From Bacteroidota bacterium (GTDB taxonomy: Bacteria > Bacteroidota > Bacteroidia > Flavobacteriales > Flavobacteriaceae): a stretch of 64,000 nucleotides of DNA. Location of the stretch: contig JAYWGV010000061.1 in NCBI GenBank assembly GCA_043778105.1, forward strand, positions 5,179-69,178. The letters are read 5' to 3'. Positions 37,702 to 46,047 of this stretch are shown here, piece by piece. A program made the translations under genes and the position numbers. The notes under the pieces were generated by a model. The model was not told the DNA's origin and searched no databases. It saw only the letters and a list, made by a program, of their open reading frames with translations. How positions within the stretch are numbered: position 1 is the first letter of the stretch; each line of letters begins with the position of its first letter.

Positions 37702-37709
37702 TATTTTTG
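37702..37709 (+). promoter_or_regulatory. -7 box TATTTTTG (MBL-rhodanese gene)
   Basis: TAnnTTTG match, 19 nt upstream of the ATG. Confidence 0.5.
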
Positions 37710-37728
37710 TAGAATAATTAACTATAAA

Positions 37729-39138
37729 ATGAAAATAGAACAAATTTATACTGGATGTTTGGCTCAAGGTGCCTATTATATCACTTCGGAAAACGAAGCA
37801 ATAATAATCGATCCGTTAAGAGAAACCAAACCATATCTTGAAAGACTTGATCGAGATAATGTTACTCTTAAATATATTTTCGAAACTCATTTTCATGCAG
37901 ATTTTGTTTCAGGTCATTTAGATTTGAGTTTGCAAACTGGAGCATCAATAGTTTATGGTCCAAATGCAGTTGCAGATTTCGATTTTATTTCAGCTACCGA
38001 TGGTCAAATATTTAAAGTTGGCGATATTTCTATAAAAGTTTTACATACTCCAGGACATACAATGGAAAGTACAACCTATTTGCTAATTGATGAAAACGGT
38101 AACGAAAATGCGATTTTTTCTGGCGATACACTTTTTATTGGCGATGTCGGAAGACCAGATTTAGCTCAGAAATCGGCATCAATGACTCAAGACCAGTTGG
38201 CAGCAAAATTATTTCATTCGTTAAGAACAAAAATAATGACTTTGCCCGATAATGTTTTGGTTTATCCAGCTCATGGTGCTGGCAGCGCTTGTGGCAAAAA
38301 CATGAGCAAAGAAACTTTTTCGACAATTGGCGAACAAAAATTGAATAATTATGCGCTTAGAGCCAATATGACCGAAACCGAATTTATAAAAGAAGTTACC
38401 GATGGTTTATTGCCACCACCAGCTTATTTTGGAATGAATGTAGCAATGAATAAAAAAGGTTCTCAAAGTTTTGATAATGTGCTAAATAAAGGAATGACAC
38501 CTATTAATGTTCTTGATTTCGAAAATCTTGCAGAACAAAATAATGCTTTGATTCTTGATACTCGAAACAGTGCAGATTTTTCTAAAGGATATATTCCGCA
38601 ATCTATAAACATTGGCATTAGTGGCGATTTTGCTCCTTGGGTTGGTTCATTAATTGGCGATGTAAATCAAGCAATTATTCTTGTTACAGAAATCGGAAAA
38701 GAAGAAGAATCTATAACCCGTCTAAGCAGAGTTGGGTTCGATAATTTAATAGGATATTTAGATGGCGGATTTCAGGCTTGGCGAAACGCTGATCAAGAAA
38801 TCGATACCGTTCATAGAATATCTGCAGACCAATTTGCTAATGAAGCCAATACGCAAACCAGTCGAATTTTAGACATTCGTCGCAATGGCGAATATGAAGC
38901 CGAACATGTTGATGAAGCATTTAGCAGACCTTTGGCCAATATTAACAATTGGATAAAAGACATTAATCCTAATGAACATTTTTATATGTATTGTGCTGGT
39001 GGATATCGAAGTATGATTGCCTCTTCAATTTTACAAGCTAGAGGCTTTAGAAATTTTACCGAAGTCGATGGCGGTTTCAATGCTATTGCAAAAACTAACA
39101 TTCCAAAAACTAACTTTGTTTGTCAAAGTAAAATTTAA
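37729..39138 (+). CDS. MBL-fold persulfide-dioxygenase-like protein fused to two rhodanese domains
   Basis: THFHADFVSG metallo-beta-lactamase motif and HTPGHT. The C-terminal rhodanese has a CAGGYRS active-site loop. Confidence 0.8.
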   Translation: MKIEQIYTGCLAQGAYYITSENEAIIIDPLRETKPYLERLDRDNVTLKYIFETHFHADFVSGHLDLSLQTGASIVYGPNAVADFDFISATDGQIFKVGDISIKVLHTPGHTMESTTYLLIDENGNENAIFSGDTLFIGDVGRPDLAQKSASMTQDQLAAKLFHSLRTKIMTLPDNVLVYPAHGAGSACGKNMSKETFSTIGEQKLNNYALRANMTETEFIKEVTDGLLPPPAYFGMNVAMNKKGSQSFDNVLNKGMTPINVLDFENLAEQNNALILDTRNSADFSKGYIPQSINIGISGDFAPWVGSLIGDVNQAIILVTEIGKEEESITRLSRVGFDNLIGYLDGGFQAWRNADQEIDTVHRISADQFANEANTQTSRILDIRRNGEYEAEHVDEAFSRPLANINNWIKDINPNEHFYMYCAGGYRSMIASSILQARGFRNFTEVDGGFNAIAKTNIPKTNFVCQSKI

Positions 39139-39172
39139 TAAATTTATAAAACCTAATTTAAAAATTCCTACT

Positions 39173-39517
39173 ATGTTCAAAAACTTATTTAAATTTACAT
39201 TTCTTAGAAAAATTCGTGTCAGAAAAGATGACACCGACGAAAACGATTTAAAATCAATCATTAAAAATGGTGCTTTTTTGGTTGATTTAAGAACCGAAGG
39301 CGAATTCGAACAAGGTCACGTTCCGGGATCAATGAATATTCCGTTAAATACTTTAGGGAGAAATCTAAATCTTTTCAGAAACAAAAAACATATTGTTGTT
39401 TGCTGTTTTAGTGGCAACCGTAGTGGTTTTGCCAAAGATGTTTTAGAGAAAAAAGGTTTTACAAACGTTATTAATGGTGGCGCTTGGGAAGAAATCTATA
39501 AATTAATAAACAGTTAA
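39173..39517 (+). CDS. single-domain rhodanese sulfurtransferase
   Basis: VDLRTEGEFEQGHVPGSMNIP and the CCFSGNRS active-site loop. The upstream part of the track ORF overlaps the preceding gene and is probably not translated. Confidence 0.8.
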   Translation: MFKNLFKFTFLRKIRVRKDDTDENDLKSIIKNGAFLVDLRTEGEFEQGHVPGSMNIPLNTLGRNLNLFRNKKHIVVCCFSGNRSGFAKDVLEKKGFTNVINGGAWEEIYKLINS

Positions 39518-39527
39518 TACTACAATT

Positions 39528-40097
39528 ATGACAATAATCGAACTTTTAAAACAACCTTGGCCTTGGTACATCGCTGGACCATTAATTGGCCTTGTTGCGC
39601 CAGCACTTTTATTAATCGGAAATAAATCTTTTGGAATAAGTGCTTCGCTTAGACATACATGTGCAATGTTTATTCCAGCTCGAATTCCTTTTTTTAAGTA
39701 TGCTTGGAAACGTGAAATGTGGAATATGGTTTTCGTTCTAGGAATTTTACTTGGCGGAATAATTGCATCAATATATTTAATAAATCCAAATTCGATAATA
39801 ATTACGCCCGAATTAAGATCAGATTTAGCAGGTTATGGAATTACCGAAATTGACGGCTTGTTGCCCAATCAACTTTTTTCTTGGGAAAGTTTGCTAACTC
39901 TGCGAGGATTTTTAATGATGGTTGTCGGAGGATTCATGGTCGGATTTGGCGTGAGTTATGCTGGCGGTTGTACAAGCGGACACGCAATCTTAGGAATTTC
40001 GAATTTGCAATGGCCATCATTAGTAGCAACTTGTTGTTTTATGATTGGCGGATTTATAATGGTAAATTTTATTTTACCTTACATACTTTCACTTTAA
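39528..40097 (+). CDS. YeeE/YedE-family sulfur-compound transporter subunit
   Basis: YAGGCTSGHAILG conserved Cys loop and a multi-TM topology. Confidence 0.8.
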   Translation: MTIIELLKQPWPWYIAGPLIGLVAPALLLIGNKSFGISASLRHTCAMFIPARIPFFKYAWKREMWNMVFVLGILLGGIIASIYLINPNSIIITPELRSDLAGYGITEIDGLLPNQLFSWESLLTLRGFLMMVVGGFMVGFGVSYAGGCTSGHAILGISNLQWPSLVATCCFMIGGFIMVNFILPYILSL

Positions 40098-40109
40098 TAT
40101 TTTAAGAAA

Positions 40110-40772
40110 ATGGGAAATATAATACACGATAATATTCAAGGTGTTGACTTGAATGAATATTCAGATAAAAATCAAGAAGTTGTTACCGAAACTTCAACTG
40201 ATAGTAAAGTTGCAACTACTTTAAAATTGAAAGAAGGTTACGACGAAATATTAGACGAATTTGGAGACGAATTTGAAGATATTGATTTCGAAGCAGAGTT
40301 TCAAAAAGCACGCCCTTATGATTCTTGCAGCGTAAACGTTAGCAAAATAGATGACAAATGGTACCATTATGTCGTTTATGGAATAATCGGAATGTTGTTC
40401 GGAATTTTATTCATTAAAGCCGAAATTATCAGTTGGTACCGCATTCAAGAAATGTTCAGATTAGAATCTTTTCACATGTATGGCGTTATCGGAAGTGCAG
40501 TTATGGTTGGATTAATTTCAATATTTATAATTAAAAAATTGAAACTAAAAACCATTCACGGCGAAGAAATTATTTATCAAACTAAAACATTCAATAAAGG
40601 TCAAATTTATGGTGGATTATTGTTCGGATTGGGTTGGGGAATTACAGGCGCATGTCCTGGTCCACTTTTCGCACAAATTGGCACTGGATCGCTGGTTGTT
40701 GTAGTTACTTTAATTGCCGCAATTTTAGGAACCTGGATTTATGGAATCGTAATTGAAAAATTACCAAGATAA
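40110..40772 (+). CDS. YedE-like (second half) membrane protein with an ~85-aa acidic N-terminal extension
   Basis: The C-terminal ~135 aa carry WYRIQEMFRLESFHMYG and GACPGP motifs. There is no in-frame alternative start between codon 1 and the first TM helix. Confidence 0.7.
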   Translation: MGNIIHDNIQGVDLNEYSDKNQEVVTETSTDSKVATTLKLKEGYDEILDEFGDEFEDIDFEAEFQKARPYDSCSVNVSKIDDKWYHYVVYGIIGMLFGILFIKAEIISWYRIQEMFRLESFHMYGVIGSAVMVGLISIFIIKKLKLKTIHGEEIIYQTKTFNKGQIYGGLLFGLGWGITGACPGPLFAQIGTGSLVVVVTLIAAILGTWIYGIVIEKLPR

Positions 40773-40790
40773 TCATATTTATACAATAGA

Positions 40791-40823
40791 AAGGCTGCTC
40801 ATTTTTAGAGGCAGCCTTTTTTT
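40791..40823 (+). terminator. intrinsic terminator after the YedE-like gene
   Basis: AAGGCTGC...GCAGCCTT stem, followed by T7. Confidence 0.7.
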
Positions 40824-40840
40824 CATTATAATATTATTGG

Positions 40841-41257
40841 TTACAAATTTTCTTCGACAAAATCTTCACAAAACATTTTAATCATTTCTCTTACAGTCAA
40901 AAACTGAAAATAAATTTCATCTTCGGTGCCTTCAGTAATTGATGGATCTGGAAAATCATAATGAATTTTTACAGCATTCGAATTGAAAATTGGGCAACTT
41001 TCCTTGGCATTGTCACAAACCGTGATAACAAAATCAAAATTAATATCAAGATATTCATTGACATTATTCGAAGTATTTTTCGAAATATCAATATCATCTT
41101 CCATCATGATATCTATAGCTTTCTGATTAATTGCATGATTTTTTGTGCCAGCCGAATAAATTTTTACTTTAGAACTATCAGTTAAATTTTCTAAATAACC
41201 TTGCGCCATTTGACTTCTGCAACTGTTTCCTGTGCATAGAACTAATATGTTTTTCAT
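40841..41257 (-). CDS. arsC: arsenate reductase, LMW-PTP type
   Basis: LCTGNSCRSQMA P-loop. I prefer the start MKNILVLC at 41257. Confidence 0.8.
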   Translation of the reverse strand: MKNILVLCTGNSCRSQMAQGYLENLTDSSKVKIYSAGTKNHAINQKAIDIMMEDDIDISKNTSNNVNEYLDINFDFVITVCDNAKESCPIFNSNAVKIHYDFPDPSITEGTEDEIYFQFLTVREMIKMFCEDFVEENL

Positions 41258-41412
41258 AATATTGATTAATTTTTGATGCAAATTTAGTTATTTTATACAA
41301 TATAAACAATTCTTAAATTTTTTATCATTTATAATACATGCAATTTTTTTAAGAAATAAAATGCAAATTAATATTAAAACAATTTTACTTTGAGTTTCAT
41401 AATAATCTAAGT

Positions 41413-41420
41413 ATTTTTGT
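41413..41420 (+). promoter_or_regulatory. -7 box TATTTTTG (purC)
   Basis: TAnnTTTG match, 41 nt upstream of the ATG, with a TTTG about 21 nt further upstream. Confidence 0.5.
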
Positions 41421-41461
41421 ATTTCTAATTTACATATAAAGTTAATTTTAGTACAAATAAA

Positions 41462-42412
41462 ATGAACACAATAACTGCAACCAATTTCAATTTCCCGAAT
41501 CAAAAATCAGTTTATCGAGGCAAAGTTCGTGAGGTTTACAATATTAATGATGAACTTCTGGTCATGGTTGCAACCGATAGACTATCGGCATTTGATGTTG
41601 TTTTACCAAAAGGAATTCCATACAAAGGACAAATTTTGAATCAAATTGCCACAAAATTTATGGAATTGACCCAAGACATTGTTCCAAATTGGCTCATTGC
41701 AACTCCAGATCCAAACGTCGCAGTTGGACATTTGTGCGAACCTTTTAAAGTCGAAATGGTTATTCGTGGTTATCTTTCTGGTCATGCTGCTCGTGAATAT
41801 GCTCTCGGAAAAAGAACAATTTGTGGAGTTGCAATGCCAGAAAATTTAAAAGAAAATGATAAATTCGAAAATCCAATAATTACTCCAACAACCAAAGCCG
41901 ATAATGGCAGTCATGACGAAGATATTTCACGTGAAGCAATTCTTGAAAATAAAATAGTTAGCGAAAAGGATTATTTAATTCTTGAAAAATATACCAGAGA
42001 TTTATTTCAACGTGGAACCGAAATTGCCTTATCACGTGGATTAATTTTGGTCGATACTAAATATGAATTTGGTAAAACCAAAGACGGAAAAATTGTTTTA
42101 ATTGATGAGATTCACACGCCAGATTCATCAAGATATTTCTATGCTTATGGTTATAAAGATCGTCAAGATTTAGGCGAAGAACAAAAACAATTGTCCAAAG
42201 AATTTGTGCGTCGTTGGTTAATTGAAAATCATTTTCAGGGTTTAGAAGACCAACAAATTCCTGATATGAACGAAGAATACATAACATCAGTTTCGGAAAG
42301 ATACATAGAGTTGTATGAAAATATTCTTGGAGAAAAGTTCGAAAAAGCTGATTTATCGAATATTAATGAACGAATCGAAAAAAATGTTTTGGAGTATTTA
42401 GCTAATAAATAA
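41462..42412 (+). CDS. purC: SAICAR synthetase
   Basis: YRGKVREVY...ATDRLSAFD...LVDTKYEFG motifs. This is the 316-aa long form. Confidence 0.9.
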   Translation: MNTITATNFNFPNQKSVYRGKVREVYNINDELLVMVATDRLSAFDVVLPKGIPYKGQILNQIATKFMELTQDIVPNWLIATPDPNVAVGHLCEPFKVEMVIRGYLSGHAAREYALGKRTICGVAMPENLKENDKFENPIITPTTKADNGSHDEDISREAILENKIVSEKDYLILEKYTRDLFQRGTEIALSRGLILVDTKYEFGKTKDGKIVLIDEIHTPDSSRYFYAYGYKDRQDLGEEQKQLSKEFVRRWLIENHFQGLEDQQIPDMNEEYITSVSERYIELYENILGEKFEKADLSNINERIEKNVLEYLANK

Positions 42413-42427
42413 AAAAACATTCAAAAA

Positions 42428-42967
42428 TTATTTTTCTAAAATTATTTTTAAATCATCCAGACTTTTTTGCATGTCATTGCCTAGAATTTTCTCTATTCCA
42501 ATTAATGGCATTAAAGCATTAAATGGATAATCAGTTTTTCCTGAAAAACTCCAAGTCACATTTGTTGAATTGTCGGATATTTTTTCGGTTTCCATAAACG
42601 CGGTCGATATTGATTCCATTGGTCTTTTGAAACGAATTTCCATATCGAAACGCTTATCTTCTTGTATTTTTGTAATTTTTTGTGTTCCAGCTCCAACATT
42701 TTTATCTTGGCTGTCCCAACTCGATTCGAATCCAATTGTTGCATCTTGTCCTGAATAAGTTTTCACAGATTTTGGATCTTTTTTATTCCAAACGCTGTAC
42801 TTATCTTGGTTTTTCAGGAATTTTATATATTTAAAAACGCTATCATTAGGTTTATTTATGATTATATTTCTGGTTATTGTATATTTAGTATCCAAAAACA
42901 ATCCTACGACCAAAAAAATTGCTAAAACCAATAGCAAAACCATTCCAATTCTTTTTAATACTTTCAT
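42428..42967 (-). CDS. SRPBCC/START-like membrane-anchored protein
   Basis: N-terminal TM helix followed by a pattern like polyketide-cyclase/SRPBCC folds. Moderate confidence. Confidence 0.5.
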   Translation of the reverse strand: MKVLKRIGMVLLLVLAIFLVVGLFLDTKYTITRNIIINKPNDSVFKYIKFLKNQDKYSVWNKKDPKSVKTYSGQDATIGFESSWDSQDKNVGAGTQKITKIQEDKRFDMEIRFKRPMESISTAFMETEKISDNSTNVTWSFSGKTDYPFNALMPLIGIEKILGNDMQKSLDDLKIILEK

Positions 42968-43007
42968 TTTTTTTAATTTTTAATTTAAACAAATTTATGA
43001 ATTAAAA

Positions 43008-43868
43008 TTAATTTACAAATTCAATAATTTGTTTTAGAACATGATCATCATTCAAAATTTTCCTGTGACCCAAACCTTTAGTAATAATTAATTTTCCGTT
43101 TATAAAATGTTTTGCAATCTCTTTTGCATCATTAACTGGTATTTCGTCGTCATTTTCGTCATGAATAACTAAAATAGGAATTTCAATTTTTGACACATTA
43201 TTATATGACGAAAGTGAATCCATCGATTTATTGTATTTTTTCTCAAAATAAAGCCTTAATAATTCAACCTGCTTCGGCTTCATTTTAACTTTTTCAATAA
43301 AATCTATAAAAATGTCTAAAACAATATTTGCTGAACCAATTGTTACTATTTTATTGGTTATCATGCCATAATTTACAGCATTCAACAATGCCATTCCTCC
43401 AAGGGAATGACCAATAACAGCATCAAAAGGACCAAATTTTCTGTCAATTTCCAAAACCGATTCGATAAATTCGACCATAATCGTATTTTTTCCTAGCGAT
43501 TTTCCATGAGCTGGCGCATCAAAACTAATTGTCGAATAATCATTTTTTACTAATTCGTCTGCAATTTTATAAAGTTGCGTGCCACGACCAGACCAACCGT
43601 GAACCAATAATATTTTTTTTGGACTTTTGCCATATTCATAAACAACAACTTTTTTGTTAATCGACGGAATATTTAGCTCACTTTGCACAGAATTTTTGTC
43701 CATATCGACTTCACGATGCGGAATTTTATATTTTATCGGATTTGTAAAAAGTTTACTAGCATATAAAGTTGCCAGTTTTGTTGATAAAAATTCAAAGAAT
43801 TGACCAGTTTTTATTATATATTTAGGAATTTCGTTTGGTTTTGGCTTTTTTGAATTATTTTTTGACAT
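43008..43868 (-). CDS. alpha/beta hydrolase
   Basis: HGWSG oxyanion region and GHSLGG nucleophile elbow. Confidence 0.75.
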   Translation of the reverse strand: MSKNNSKKPKPNEIPKYIIKTGQFFEFLSTKLATLYASKLFTNPIKYKIPHREVDMDKNSVQSELNIPSINKKVVVYEYGKSPKKILLVHGWSGRGTQLYKIADELVKNDYSTISFDAPAHGKSLGKNTIMVEFIESVLEIDRKFGPFDAVIGHSLGGMALLNAVNYGMITNKIVTIGSANIVLDIFIDFIEKVKMKPKQVELLRLYFEKKYNKSMDSLSSYNNVSKIEIPILVIHDENDDEIPVNDAKEIAKHFINGKLIITKGLGHRKILNDDHVLKQIIEFVN

Positions 43869-43945
43869 TTTGATATTAATTTTCGTGCAAGTTAGATTAT
43901 TTAATTTTTTTTATTAAATTTCGCAATCTTAATTAAAACTTAAAA

Positions 43946-45883
43946 ATGCAGAATCAAACTAGAATCGTAATCGAAAATGTGTTGCCTCAACTTGACAATG
44001 GGGCGTTTTTTATAAAAAGAATTATTGGGCAAAAAGTCGAAGTTTCAGCAGATATTCTTGCTGACGGACACGATGTTATGGAAGCCGTAGTGCAATTCAA
44101 ACACGAAAATGATAAAAAATGGAACGAAGTTCGAATGAACAAATTACCGAATGATAGTTTCGAAGCTACTTTTCAAGTCGATAAACAAGGTCATTATAAT
44201 TATTTTGTTGAAGGTTGGATTGATTATGCTTTAAATTGGCAATACGGAATTGGAAAGAAAATTCAAGATAACCAGAACGTAAAATCAGAATTGTTAGAAG
44301 GTATTGAATATTTGAAACCATTATTAAAGAAAGCTTCAGCATCAGAAAAAAAATATTTAGAAACATTAGTAAAATTATTTGCTGACGAAAAAAGTTACGA
44401 TAAATCGATTACAGAAGCTGTTTCGAACGATTTAAAATCAATTTTCTTGAATTATCCCGATAAATTCCTAGCCAATCAATCAGAAGATTTGCAGGTTTAT
44501 GTCGATAGAAAAAAAGCATTATTTAGCACTTGGTACGAATTTTTTCCACGTTCATCAAAAGGAACACAAGAACACGGCACTTTTAAAGATTGCGAAGCCT
44601 TGTTACCAAGAGTTGCCAAAATGGGTTTTGATACGCTATATTTTCCTCCAGTGCACCCAATTGGCGAAGTAAATCGTAAAGGAATCAACAACGCAACTGT
44701 TGCCAAAGAAGGAGAATTTGGTTCACCTTGGGGAATTGGCTCGCAATATGGCGGACACAAATCGACTCACCCAAAATTGGGAACTATCGAAGATTTTAAA
44801 TCCTTAGTTCAAGCTGCAAAAGCAATGGATATTGAAGTTGCAATGGATTTTGCAATGCAAGTTGCACCCGATCACCCTTATGTTAAAGAATTTCCGCAAT
44901 GGTTCAAGTGGCGACCTGATGGAACAGTTCAATATGCAGAAAATCCTCCAAAAAAATACCAAGATATTCTACCTGTATATTATGAAACTGCAGATTGGAA
45001 AAATCTATGGAAAGAATTGCTAGATTGTGCTTTATTTTGGGTTGAAAAATGCGATGTAAAAGTTTTTAGAGTAGATAATCCTCACACCAAACCTTTTTAT
45101 TTTTGGGGTTGGTTAATTGCCGAAATCAAGAAAAAACATCCAGATGTTTTGTTTCTTGCCGAAGCTTTTACACGTCCGAAAATTATGCATCAATTGGCTA
45201 AACAAGGTTTTACGATGTCATATACTTATTTTACGTGGAGAAATTCCAAAGCAGAATTGATAGAATATGTAACCGAATTGACCAAAACCAATCAAAAAGA
45301 ATTTTTCCGACCTAACTTTTGGCCAAATACGCCAGATATTAATCCTTATGCTTTGCAAGGTGCAAACGAAGCAACTTATCTGCAAAAATATTTCTTGGCA
45401 GCAACATTAAGCTCATCAGTCGGAATTTATGGACCAGTTTTCGAGCACATGATTTCTAATCCAATTCCTGGAAAAGAAGAATATATGGATTCTGAAAAAT
45501 ACCAAGTTTGTGAATATGATTGGCAAAAAGAAAATAAGTTAATGATTTTAATTGGACGAATTAATCGCATTCGTAAAGAACAAGAATCGTTGCAACAAAC
45601 CACGAATATTGAGTTTTGCGATACAACTTCCGATCAATTAATGGCATATTACAAGTATGATGATACTCGTGAAAACGAAACTTTAATGATTGTAAACCTC
45701 GATGCGCATTACGCTAAACAAGGTAATGTCAAATTGCCATTGAAACATTTAGGAATTCAAAATGGTCAATCAATTCGTGTTCACGATTTAATCACTGGAA
45801 ATAGTTATATTTGGGACAACGAATGGAATTATGTCGAGTTGCATCCAACTTTGCCGTTCCATTTATTTAGAATAGAAAAATAA
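43946..45883 (+). CDS. glgE: alpha-1,4-glucan:maltose-1-phosphate maltosyltransferase
   Basis: The N-terminal domain RIVIENVLPQLDNGAFFIKR is typical of GlgE. The GH13 catalytic region includes FRVDNPHTKP. Confidence 0.85.
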   Translation: MQNQTRIVIENVLPQLDNGAFFIKRIIGQKVEVSADILADGHDVMEAVVQFKHENDKKWNEVRMNKLPNDSFEATFQVDKQGHYNYFVEGWIDYALNWQYGIGKKIQDNQNVKSELLEGIEYLKPLLKKASASEKKYLETLVKLFADEKSYDKSITEAVSNDLKSIFLNYPDKFLANQSEDLQVYVDRKKALFSTWYEFFPRSSKGTQEHGTFKDCEALLPRVAKMGFDTLYFPPVHPIGEVNRKGINNATVAKEGEFGSPWGIGSQYGGHKSTHPKLGTIEDFKSLVQAAKAMDIEVAMDFAMQVAPDHPYVKEFPQWFKWRPDGTVQYAENPPKKYQDILPVYYETADWKNLWKELLDCALFWVEKCDVKVFRVDNPHTKPFYFWGWLIAEIKKKHPDVLFLAEAFTRPKIMHQLAKQGFTMSYTYFTWRNSKAELIEYVTELTKTNQKEFFRPNFWPNTPDINPYALQGANEATYLQKYFLAATLSSSVGIYGPVFEHMISNPIPGKEEYMDSEKYQVCEYDWQKENKLMILIGRINRIRKEQESLQQTTNIEFCDTTSDQLMAYYKYDDTRENETLMIVNLDAHYAKQGNVKLPLKHLGIQNGQSIRVHDLITGNSYIWDNEWNYVELHPTLPFHLFRIEK

Positions 45884-45890
45884 AAAAGTT

Positions 45891-46034
45891 ACCACGAATT
45901 TCACAAATTTTCACTAAGATTTTGTTTCAAATTGTAAAATTATATTAATTTAAAAATTCGTTAAATTTCTTGACAATTTCAATTTGTGTTAATTTGTGAA
46001 ATTTGTGGCTAAAAAAAGCTGTGAAATTCGTGGA
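45891..46034. repeat. CACGAATTTCAC inverted-repeat element, copy 2 (composite, three arms)
   Basis: ACCACGAATTTCACAAATTTTCACTAAG ... AATTTGTGTTAATTTGTGAAATTTGTGG ... CTGTGAAATTCGTGGA. It fills the glgE-mak spacer. Confidence 0.7.
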
Positions 46035-46047
46035 CAAAAAAAAGTGT

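Noticed and set aside
41282-41461. Possible purine riboswitch or leader upstream of purC.
   Set aside because: The 180-nt region is almost pure A/T. It has no conserved purine-riboswitch core and no stable multi-stem structure. Only a standard TTTG / TATTTTTG promoter is visible.
41288-41503. A 71-aa minus-strand ORF overlapping the purC promoter and start.
   Set aside because: It overlaps the purC -7 box and start codon, has no recognisable features, and lies in very AT-rich promoter DNA. It is most likely spurious.
46003-46047. The N-terminal 15 codons of track ORF 46003..47676.
   Set aside because: These codons are read entirely from the CACGAATTTCAC repeat arms. A good ATG (46048) follows, and from there the sequence looks like a normal protein N-terminus.
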